Made by a program: the position numbers and the translations under genes
From: an uncultured virus (IMG/VR IMGVR_UViG_2671181191_000004)
Lineage: Duplodnaviria > Heunggongvirae > Uroviricota > Caudoviricetes
Direction: 5' to 3' (one strand)
IMG/VR virus record: IMGVR_UViG_2671181191_000004
Length of the DNA: 64,000 nucleotides
Shown: positions 42,015-50,137 of the stretch, one piece after another
How the letters are laid out: the number at the start of each line of letters is the position of its first letter
How positions within the stretch are numbered: the first letter of the stretch is position 1
Notes under the pieces: model-generated
What the model was told of the DNA's origin: nothing
Database searches by the model: none
Seen by the model: the letters and a program-made list of their open reading frames with translations, nothing else

Positions 42015-42710
42015 TTAACCAACTAATGATTTGGCAATAGCATCCACTTCTCCCTTGTCAGGCTTATTGTCAGACAGAGGGAATGAATTCTTATTGCCCG
42101 GTAGTAATTGTGCCTTGACATTGTTCGCTACCGTAGTGAGATGTGAAGTGATTGCTTCCTCATTTGCATCGGATGCAATAGAGAAGCCTTCTTCAATTCG
42201 CCACTGTGGTATGCCCAATTCTTTGGCTTTGGATACGATCAGATTGCTCCGTTCGGCAGCAGCTTTTTCAGCCTTGAAAGTTTCATTCTCTTTCTTGATA
42301 CTATTCAAACCATCCAACAAGGTCTTATTTGTGTGAAGTAACTCCTGGATTGTTTTTTCAGTGGCTGCTTTCTCCACCTTGTACCATTCCGGCATATCCT
42401 TTTCTTTCTCCCGTTTAGCCTGTTCTTCCAGCTTTTTAGTTTCTTCCTCGACCTTCTTCCTTGCTTCTTCCGTCTCAAGCTCTTTTTTAGCATCAGCCTT
42501 TGCTTTGAAAACAGCATCAGTGACACGTTTGTCACTCGTCTTCTGAAGGTTCTCAAGGAATCCTTTTTGTGCAGAAATAACAGTGTCGATGTTTTCGTCA
42601 GTAACAAGACCGATAGACGCAAGACTGTCAGCATGTGCCTGTAAAATAACATCACCTAACCCAAGATGGGAAAATTCTTGTTTTAGCTTTTGGAAAATCT
42701 TTTCTTTCAT
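42015..42710 (-). CDS. Capsid scaffolding protein
   Basis: Charged coiled coil; start MKEKIF at 42710. Confidence 0.65.
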   Translation of the reverse strand: MKEKIFQKLKQEFSHLGLGDVILQAHADSLASIGLVTDENIDTVISAQKGFLENLQKTSDKRVTDAVFKAKADAKKELETEEARKKVEEETKKLEEQAKREKEKDMPEWYKVEKAATEKTIQELLHTNKTLLDGLNSIKKENETFKAEKAAAERSNLIVSKAKELGIPQWRIEEGFSIASDANEEAITSHLTTVANNVKAQLLPGNKNSFPLSDNKPDKGEVDAIAKSLVG

Positions 42711-42800
42711 ACCGTATGAATTATTAAATTTAAAATTCAAATTGCGGAAGTAAAAATACCAACAATACAAATGATTAGTAAATATTTAAGCCTCCTATTC

Positions 42801-42904
42801 ATGACATCAAAGCGATTGTCACAAATACGGTATAAAAGTAAAAAGTAAGTAGATGGAAGGGAAATAATTAGATAGTTGATACACGACAATGAAATGATTG
42901 TCGT
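42801..42904 (-). promoter_or_regulatory. Two tandem palindromic sites (42801-42822, 42883-42904) upstream of the head operon
   Basis: ATGACATC-N6-ATTGTCAC and ACGACAAT-N6-ATTGTCGT, each 42 bp from a TAnnTTTA box. Confidence 0.7.
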
Positions 42905-43010
42905 AAAATGACATAAAAAAACCGTGAACCAATAAAGGAACACGGCTTCATTTGAATTTAAAAGCTCTGAATTTATAAAGTAGCAGATTGTAACTCTGCT
43001 CCGATATTCT

Positions 43011-43421
43011 TTACATATCTACCTCAAGCTCTTTTCCTGTTAGAGCGAAATATAGATTTTGAAGTTGATGAAGTGATTTTACTTCTATATTGGCGTCATG
43101 CCATTCTTTCCCTAAACCTACTTCAAATCCAATAAACGCACAAATTGAATTTCCAAGTATTCTAATCCTGAGATTTAATCTGTCGAAACAATCATCTATC
43201 GCATTATATACAAAGCCACAATTCAAGAGAAGTTGTGCTGTAAGCAAAATAGGCTTAAGATTATCGACATAAGTACGAAACACTGCTTCCGAAGATCTTC
43301 CACTTGCTTCATATCTCGGATATTCAATCTCACTATATCCTATTTCGGTTATGCGACAGGGAGTTTTACTACTCTGTAGATAAACATAATTCCCTATCTT
43401 CAATTCCCTAGCATCAATCAT
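43011..43421 (-). CDS. Hypothetical phage protein
   Basis: 136-aa ORF coupled to hicB. Confidence 0.65.
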   Translation of the reverse strand: MIDARELKIGNYVYLQSSKTPCRITEIGYSEIEYPRYEASGRSSEAVFRTYVDNLKPILLTAQLLLNCGFVYNAIDDCFDRLNLRIRILGNSICAFIGFEVGLGKEWHDANIEVKSLHQLQNLYFALTGKELEVDM

Positions 43422-43768
43422 TAATGTGCTAATTTAAGTTGATTCTCCAATGCCTGTTTTATATAACCATTAATAGTTGTTCCTGCTTCTTGTGCAAGTG
43501 AAGCAATCCGACTATGAATCTCCGGCGAAATACGGATATTCAATGTACCACTATATGGTTTACGCGGTTCCACTCCATCAGCCAAACAACCTGCAAGATA
43601 GCTTTCTATTCCGGCTTCAAAATCAGCACGAAGTTCATCAATGGTGTTTCCTTCATAAAGAATCAAATCCTTACTCATTCCAAGCACCTTTCCAAATAGG
43701 CAGTTATCAGCTTTGCTGTACTCAACTGAACCTTTATATCCTTTGTATTCCAAGTAGTCCATATTCAA
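43421..43768 (-). CDS. hicB: HicB antitoxin
   Basis: LEYKGYKGSVEYS...PRKPYSGTLNIRISPEIH. Confidence 0.9.
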   Translation of the reverse strand: MNMDYLEYKGYKGSVEYSKADNCLFGKVLGMSKDLILYEGNTIDELRADFEAGIESYLAGCLADGVEPRKPYSGTLNIRISPEIHSRIASLAQEAGTTINGYIKQALENQLKLAH

Positions 43769-43773
43769 TTCTT

Positions 43774-44034
43774 TTATTTAATTAAACCGTTACTTTTTAA
43801 ATGCTGATATATCGCTTTCATCATCCATGCTTTCATGATACTACCCGGATGCGGCTTATGTATATCAATATACTGTCCCGTTTGTTCATTTTTAAATCTT
43901 ACACGAGAACCAGATGTCGCACCTTTATTATGTTCACTATATCCAAAGGCAGAAAGCAACTTCAAAGTTTCTTCATAAGTGAAGTCTTTAGGTAGTTTGC
44001 AAAAACGGTCTATCAACTTTTCTTTAGTACCCAT
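43774..44034 (-). CDS. hicA: HicA toxin
   Basis: GATSGSRVRF...HKPHPG. Confidence 0.9.
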   Translation of the reverse strand: MGTKEKLIDRFCKLPKDFTYEETLKLLSAFGYSEHNKGATSGSRVRFKNEQTGQYIDIHKPHPGSIMKAWMMKAIYQHLKSNGLIK

Positions 44035-44053
44035 ATCTGTTTATTCTTTACCG

Positions 44054-44077
44054 CAAATGTAACTAAACTTAGTTACA
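44054..44077 (-). promoter_or_regulatory. hicAB promoter with overlapping operator
   Basis: -7 box TACATTTG overlapped by TGTAACTAA-AC-TTAGTTACA. Confidence 0.7.
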
Positions 44078-44216
44078 AAACAAAATAATACAGAGAAAAA
44101 ATTCAATTAAAGATAAAAAAACGGTAACTCCGAAGAATCACCGCAAAATATTCTATTTTTCTTATACTAAAATTATAAACCCCGTATTTTTTCTACCAGC
44201 CATCTCAAAAGATAGG

Positions 44217-45602
44217 CTATTTTTCCGATTCAACAAAAACTTGTCCAGTATTTCTTATTCTTTCAACCTCCTCTTCTGGCGCATCAGTCAATGCCAGCAT
44301 CTGAACAGCTTGTTCCAATGATACAATCCCATCAGTATATAACTTGCCGATAGCTGACCACGTTTTTTGTTTATCCTCAGTGAACGGTTCCGAAAATTCA
44401 AAAGAAATTTCCAGTTTATCCAGTTCAGTAACTTTATCTGGATGGAGATATTTTAGAATACTAATGATCAAGTTCTTCTCACGGTCCACAAGCTCCTCAT
44501 AGGATTCCTTTCGATTATCCCTCTTAATATACCCCAAAATCATGGCATTCTTGATTGCATCTCCAGAGAGAGTACCCATTCCCTTTATCTTATCGAAAGA
44601 GAAATCTGGAGTGAATGTATCAAACAAAATAGAATCATTCAAATCTTGTTTTTCAGCCTCTCTTGTCTCCGATGATTGCGGAGGATTGACATATTCAAAC
44701 TTTGAATTAGCTCCCTGACACTGGATTAGTTTACCAGGTTTATTAGGATCCGCCATCAGTTGAATAACATCAGCGGAAGCAACTGCTATGGGGTCTGCAA
44801 AGTAATTGTTGGTATCTCCTACCTTTGAATCCAAAATCTCTTCACGCTTTAATCTCGGTTCCGCTCCGTCCCACGCTTTAGGTTGGTTGTAATACAGTAC
44901 ATTAATCTTTCCTGTAGGGTTCGGATAAGATTCCACTTCATACCCTATATTTCCTTTTCGACAGAAAAAAAGTACATCCGGGGTTTGAATATCCCAATGT
45001 TGGACTGTCCTCCCACTCTCTTTCAGCTTGTACCCATAAGCAAATGCAGTCATATTTCCGTACTGGTCAAACAGTGGTCGAAGTTTATATCCATTGGAAC
45101 GTGCCAAGACCCGACTTCTTACCTGCCGCTCACCTGTCCTATCATCTCTATACAGGTGATAAACCTTAGCTGATTCTGTTTCAGCACCAGCAAGCCTCTT
45201 AGCTTGTCTTATAGTAGAGTTGAATCGAGTGCTCTTTATAAAGTCTTTAAACAGAGCGAAAGCATCATCTGAACCATTTTCTTTCTTCCATCTGATTGGA
45301 TTCCCCAGAAGGAAAAACAGCTCCACTTCATTGATGTATCTCTGCCGGGACCGTGGAAGCTTCTCCGAGATGTAATCATCAGAGTTTTTTCGGTACTTGT
45401 TCGGTCTAAACATAACATCATGCGTCTGAGGGTTATATTCCTTGATGGCATTATCCACTTCATCGTCATGGTTCTGCATCATATCAATAGCCGTATCAAT
45501 ATCACCATCTTGGATGAGTTGGTACAAATCCCGCTCTGCACCTACTGAATTTAAGGCCAGGTTACGGAAGTATGTCATTATCTGCTGCAAGTAGTTATTC
45601 AT
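44217..45602 (-). CDS. Portal protein (SPP1 gp6-like)
   Basis: 461 aa directly after the terminase; LSGDAIK motif. Confidence 0.82.
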   Translation of the reverse strand: MNNYLQQIMTYFRNLALNSVGAERDLYQLIQDGDIDTAIDMMQNHDDEVDNAIKEYNPQTHDVMFRPNKYRKNSDDYISEKLPRSRQRYINEVELFFLLGNPIRWKKENGSDDAFALFKDFIKSTRFNSTIRQAKRLAGAETESAKVYHLYRDDRTGERQVRSRVLARSNGYKLRPLFDQYGNMTAFAYGYKLKESGRTVQHWDIQTPDVLFFCRKGNIGYEVESYPNPTGKINVLYYNQPKAWDGAEPRLKREEILDSKVGDTNNYFADPIAVASADVIQLMADPNKPGKLIQCQGANSKFEYVNPPQSSETREAEKQDLNDSILFDTFTPDFSFDKIKGMGTLSGDAIKNAMILGYIKRDNRKESYEELVDREKNLIISILKYLHPDKVTELDKLEISFEFSEPFTEDKQKTWSAIGKLYTDGIVSLEQAVQMLALTDAPEEEVERIRNTGQVFVESEK

Positions 45603-45613
45603 AATCTCATATT

Positions 45614-46840
45614 TTAATAAATTCCTAAATCTGACTTATTATAATTCTTTTGTAAGAGGATACGTCCCATAAGCTCCATCATACAACAATATCGAACTTC
45701 ATCCAATATATGGTTGAAATTATCAACCGGAACATTTAACCATCTGCCATTCTTGTCTTGCTGATAAGTATAATTATCAAGTTCTTTCTTCACATTAATA
45801 GAGTGCTCTGTAATATATATCTTCTTAGATTTCATGAAATCAATACCCGCTTCCACCGATCCCGGATATTTTCTTACTGGCTCAATATTGAATCCAGCAT
45901 TATATATTTCCTGAACTAAACGTGGATCTGCACTCTCAGACCATATTTTCCTGTCAGGAAGCTCCTTTAAAACTCTTATTATGTCAGAGGAAAGCATATT
46001 CGTTTGATAAATCTCTTCGTCAATATAAAGAGCATTGTCCAAATACCCATTGTCGGAAGCAGCTGTAACATCATTCGTATATCCAAAGTCAATGCCTCTC
46101 CATCTCCTCTTTACCCACTCCGGCATTTCTTTGATGATCGTGTAGTTTTCAAATATAAGCCCTTCAATCTTAGCACGCTTACCAAGTCCATATATCATCC
46201 ATTTCCGTTTATCGGCAGTACCTTGTTTGATATTATATTCTGTTGGTTCATATGAAAGTATTTTCCTCTTCATATTTGCTGGAATAAAGGGATTATCCAA
46301 CATTGTAGAATGATCAAAATAACAATCCTCACGGGAGCAAACATTGTCGTAGATCCAATGCTCCTCAGCAGACGGATTATAGTCAAGAATAGCAAAACGG
46401 GAGCATCGTTGTTCCAGTTGGTCGAAATCATCCTTAGATGCTTCCATAGCTTCATTGATCCAAAAGATATCGGTAGTCAAACCATGAAGTCTCTGGACAT
46501 CATCAAGCCCGACAAATTCAAACGTAGTAGAATAAAGCTGGATTGTTTTAAGAGTATTGTTTATTCGACAGTTATTATACAATCCAAGTTCCAAGAGAAT
46601 ATTCTTAAAATCAGTCCAAACAGTAGAAGCTAACCAGGTACCTTTCTTTCGGGCTATTACAATACGATTTGTGCGCTGCCAGTTATTAATGGCATAAACT
46701 ATAAAAAATTGAATAAGAGAATAAGTCTTCGACGAGCGAGAACCTCCTTCAAAGACCATGACATTAAACAGCCCACTATTCAGAGCCTTCATAGCCCGAT
46801 AAAAAATCGGAGTGCATTTCATATTCAGCTCAATCATCAT
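45614..46840 (-). CDS. terL: Terminase large subunit (PBSX-like)
   Basis: GGSRSSKT, FWINEA, DYNP, GIDFGY and NHILDEVRY motifs. Confidence 0.92.
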   Translation of the reverse strand: MMIELNMKCTPIFYRAMKALNSGLFNVMVFEGGSRSSKTYSLIQFFIVYAINNWQRTNRIVIARKKGTWLASTVWTDFKNILLELGLYNNCRINNTLKTIQLYSTTFEFVGLDDVQRLHGLTTDIFWINEAMEASKDDFDQLEQRCSRFAILDYNPSAEEHWIYDNVCSREDCYFDHSTMLDNPFIPANMKRKILSYEPTEYNIKQGTADKRKWMIYGLGKRAKIEGLIFENYTIIKEMPEWVKRRWRGIDFGYTNDVTAASDNGYLDNALYIDEEIYQTNMLSSDIIRVLKELPDRKIWSESADPRLVQEIYNAGFNIEPVRKYPGSVEAGIDFMKSKKIYITEHSINVKKELDNYTYQQDKNGRWLNVPVDNFNHILDEVRYCCMMELMGRILLQKNYNKSDLGIY

Positions 46841-47282
46841 TACCTTCTTTTAGGTTTACAGACTTCTCTTGTAATTCCAATAACTTAGGGTCATTGGTTA
46901 CTACTTGTATATTCATACTTGGAGCGGTTATAAGTTCTTTACCATTAGTGGTAATATCAAACTTTGACGCCATTTCTTTACCCCACATCAATGTAATTAA
47001 TTCACGAAGCGTATTTATAACTCCCTTACCTGTATCCTTGTAAAGAGCACGGCATACGTTCAACATCCAAATAGGAGTATCTTCTTTGTCAGCTATTTCA
47101 TTCAGTTCTTTCCTAGGGCATTGAACAAGATAATTCACCACTTCTTTGAATTCTTCAAATGAAATGCCGTATGTTTTCTTGGCGATAGTATATAACTTAG
47201 GCTTCCTGCCACGATTTGCTGGCTGGTTGGTACTTGAAAAACGGTTACCCTTTCCTTTTATATGTTCATATTCTCCTGCCAA
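46830..47282 (-). CDS. Putative terminase small subunit
   Basis: RFSSTNQPANRGRKP N-terminus, DITTNGKEL near the C-terminus, overlaps terL; start uncertain. Confidence 0.6.
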   Translation of the reverse strand: MAGEYEHIKGKGNRFSSTNQPANRGRKPKLYTIAKKTYGISFEEFKEVVNYLVQCPRKELNEIADKEDTPIWMLNVCRALYKDTGKGVINTLRELITLMWGKEMASKFDITTNGKELITAPSMNIQVVTNDPKLLELQEKSVNLKEGNDD

Positions 47283-47342
47283 AACGCTTGTTTTACGGTT
47301 GATTTTATAATTATTCAAGTATTATTATTACCTTTGCATTAT

Positions 47343-47468
47343 ACCAATAGTCTAGAACGGGAATTGACAGCCCCTCGGTTGCTTAGTAGGACATTTCCTT
47401 CCAAATTGGGTAATGGGATAGGTCAATAACTCCCACATCTTAAAGCGGCATTCAAAAGATGTCGCTTT
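47343..47468 (+). ncRNA. Candidate structured small RNA convergent with the toxin-like gene
   Basis: TACCTTTG box at 47329; GGGA-ATTGAC...GTCAAT-aac-TCCC closing stem; terminal hairpin 47442-47468. Confidence 0.4.
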
Positions 47469-47988
47469 ATTTATTATGTTTATGCCTGTGAATACGTCCA
47501 TCTCCTGTTACTACTATAATATGCTTGAATCGATACTTACTTGCACTTTCAAAAGCTCGTATTCCATTTTCTACGCTTTGTCGGGTATGCCCGCTGCCTT
47601 TCATATAGAGAACTGGTACATCTGCTTTCTTATCCCTGACATGATAGAGAGATGACCTAATATTTATATCCGTATTTCCTTTAGGCGTTCTCTGTTCAAA
47701 CGAAGCAGAAAACAGATACCCATCAGGAGTTTTAATCTTATGTCCCAATCCAGCTTCATTTTTCAATGTCACCTTATACCCTTTATCCGCCAATATGCGT
47801 GCTGATTCCAGTTCCTCGGGCTTATGCCGTGACGTACTCTTCTCAATAGCGACATATCCACCACCTTTACCCATCTCCACACTGGAATACTTTCCACTCC
47901 GACGCATAGCATCGGCTTCCACTTCACGTCTACGATAAGTGGAACTTCCATTTTTGTATGTACGTATACCGCCTGAAGTCTTTGCCAT
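47467..47988 (-). CDS. MAKT-leader protein 4 with PD-(D/E)XK-like (CdiA-C tRNase-like) domain
   Basis: MAKTSGGIR leader; E...A..LAD.GY.V and TPDG......EQRTP. Confidence 0.6.
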   Translation of the reverse strand: MAKTSGGIRTYKNGSSTYRRREVEADAMRRSGKYSSVEMGKGGGYVAIEKSTSRHKPEELESARILADKGYKVTLKNEAGLGHKIKTPDGYLFSASFEQRTPKGNTDINIRSSLYHVRDKKADVPVLYMKGSGHTRQSVENGIRAFESASKYRFKHIIVVTGDGRIHRHKHNK

Positions 47989-47990
47989 AT

Positions 47991-48251
47991 CTATCTTCTA
48001 CTTAATCCCATATAAGTTGAACGTTTAGCTTTTGCATCACTGGGAATCATACCATTATACGCTCTGCTGAAATTAGTAAAATATCTCTCATAAATAGATT
48101 TTACCCTATCTCTGATTACCCGTTGCTTTTCCGAACTTCCATACTGTCTATAAGCTTGCGTTTGAATACGATACCTTTGCGCAGTCAATTCCTTCATAGA
48201 CTTTGTACGTTCCTTCCCATTACTCCTTACTCCTCCTGATGTTTTAGCCAT
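47991..48251 (-). CDS. MAKT-leader protein 3
   Basis: MAKTSGGVR leader; very basic. Confidence 0.8.
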   Translation of the reverse strand: MAKTSGGVRSNGKERTKSMKELTAQRYRIQTQAYRQYGSSEKQRVIRDRVKSIYERYFTNFSRAYNGMIPSDAKAKRSTYMGLSRR

Positions 48252-48262
48252 ATCTTTAATTC

Positions 48263-48598
48263 TTAATCACCAACAAACTTACTTCCGAAACGTCCTCTTT
48301 TATTAGGTGTGTAAAATGCAGATTCTGGTATAGATAAATCATCATAAGAACTCCTTTGAGCAGGTTTCAAATCTTTATACTCCTTTCTCATTTTATCAAG
48401 ATAAGACTTATTGGCAGCAGCTTTATAATCAGTAGTTACCGCCCGACCGCCATAGTTTCTCCAAGCCTGTTTTATACTTTCTGAAAAAGATATTTTTCCG
48501 CCATAAAGTCTATAGAGTTTATGTGCCATCGCCATTACTTTCGAACTGTTCATTCGAGACGAAGTTCCATTCCTTACTCCTCCTGCCGTTTTAGCCAT
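48263..48598 (-). CDS. MAKT-leader protein 2
   Basis: MAKTAGGVR leader; body homologous to 33692-33973. Confidence 0.82.
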   Translation of the reverse strand: MAKTAGGVRNGTSSRMNSSKVMAMAHKLYRLYGGKISFSESIKQAWRNYGGRAVTTDYKAAANKSYLDKMRKEYKDLKPAQRSSYDDLSIPESAFYTPNKRGRFGSKFVGD

Positions 48599-48600
48599 AG

Positions 48601-48936
48601 TTATCTCCTTCCGGTGTATCCACCTCTTCCTGCTCGGAATTCACGTCTGTCTCTAACTTCAAACTCACGAGCTAGGTCACGATTATAAATATCATATTGT
48701 GTACCTCTGCGTGTATCTTTGTCAATAGCTGCTGCTGTAGCAAAGCCTGATTTAGCAGGACTATCAAAGCGGGATGCAACCCTATCAATCCACTTTTCGG
48801 CCTGTGATTGTGTACGAAAATTCTTTTGTAACCACCTTGTTTCTCCATTACGATTCTGTACCGCAACTGAAGCCTGAAAATTTCCTCCACTTCGTGAAGA
48901 ACTACCACTTCTTAGCCCACCTGCCGTTTTAGCCAT
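48601..48936 (-). CDS. MAKT-leader protein 1
   Basis: MAKTAGGLR leader; start overlaps the stop of the DUF4417 gene. Confidence 0.8.
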   Translation of the reverse strand: MAKTAGGLRSGSSSRSGGNFQASVAVQNRNGETRWLQKNFRTQSQAEKWIDRVASRFDSPAKSGFATAAAIDKDTRRGTQYDIYNRDLAREFEVRDRREFRAGRGGYTGRR

Positions 48937-50035
48937 TTTCACCTCCTTTCTTGATTTGCTTAACTCTATTAGCCATGAACTGCTCAACATAAAGTACGTT
49001 GTTTTGCAAACATAATTCCCTTATTGCTTCACCACCTCCGTAAACGATCATATTGGGGTTGTCTTTACCTGATATTTCGCGGGCTATTTGTATTTCCAAC
49101 TTAAGGTATTCCTGTCTATCTGTATAACCACGCGTAGCAAAAGCATCGTAGCCATCTGGAATACCCAAACAGTTATATTTGTAGAATTTTTGCGCCACAT
49201 TGAGATCTACATAAATCTTAGCACCACACTCCTGCCAAAAACGGGCAATCCAACGCTTCATATAAATTTGTTGTAAGCCGTAGGCTATAGGTGTGGTATC
49301 GAATAAAGATAGATTGGGTTCTACCAGTTCGGTGCATCCGCTATCCAATACGGATATTGGATTATTCCAAATATTGGTAAAACGATAATCTTCCACATAA
49401 AAGTGATAGGTGGATATCCCCTTCTTAGCCCTTGTATCCGAACCCCATCCAGCAAAGGGTAGTAATAATCCACTTGTAGGTTGTCCGTCAAACAATAGAC
49501 TAGGGACATCAAACTCGTTATTACTGTCATAAATACGGTCACCAAGCATCATAGCAAAAAAATCAGCTTTCCTAACTTCTTCCTCGCCTGTTTCCTCTTG
49601 TTGTTTGGGCTTTTTTAGCTGCTTATCCTCTTTCGGTTCTTGCCACACGTCAAAGCCCCATTCTTCCAACTCTAAGCTATCCCATTCATTAGCCAAAGCA
49701 TCCCAATCGTTTTCACCAAAAGGATTGTTATCTTGAATAAGCATCTGACGGAGCTTTTCTACCGGCATATTTTCGGGTAATATACAACAAGGCACTTCTG
49801 TCCATCCGAGATACTTGTATGCCTGCAAACGCATATTTCCACCAATGACAACATAACTACCATTATAAGGATAAACAAGAATATCTCTCGCCTCTGTCAT
49901 TTCTGGAAGTGACTGTATAGAGCGACACAACTTACGAAATTTCTCATCTTTGATAAGACGGGGATTCCTCGGCAGCCCTTCTAGCTGTCCTTCATTCGGG
50001 ATTACTTTCGATATATCTATCTTGGCTCTTTGCAT
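48929..50035 (-). CDS. ParB-N + DUF4417 fusion protein
   Basis: ParB-N (RNPR...IGGNMRLQA...DN); DUF4417-type HFYVEDYRF..IWNNP...EPNLSLF...RWIARFWQ. Confidence 0.75.
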   Translation of the reverse strand: MQRAKIDISKVIPNEGQLEGLPRNPRLIKDEKFRKLCRSIQSLPEMTEARDILVYPYNGSYVVIGGNMRLQAYKYLGWTEVPCCILPENMPVEKLRQMLIQDNNPFGENDWDALANEWDSLELEEWGFDVWQEPKEDKQLKKPKQQEETGEEEVRKADFFAMMLGDRIYDSNNEFDVPSLLFDGQPTSGLLLPFAGWGSDTRAKKGISTYHFYVEDYRFTNIWNNPISVLDSGCTELVEPNLSLFDTTPIAYGLQQIYMKRWIARFWQECGAKIYVDLNVAQKFYKYNCLGIPDGYDAFATRGYTDRQEYLKLEIQIAREISGKDNPNMIVYGGGEAIRELCLQNNVLYVEQFMANRVKQIKKGGENG

Positions 50036-50115
50036 AAAAATACCTTTGAACTACTATTACTCATCCAAAGGTACTACCACAACCAAAGATAACGAAATAT
50101 CTTCAATTGTTATAT

Positions 50116-50137
50116 GTGACAATCTGTCTTAAGTCAC
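50116..50137 (-). promoter_or_regulatory. 22-bp palindromic site, 42 bp upstream of TACCTTTG (50066-50073)
   Basis: GTGACAAT-CTGTCT-TAAGTCAC, upstream of the packaging operon. Confidence 0.7.
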
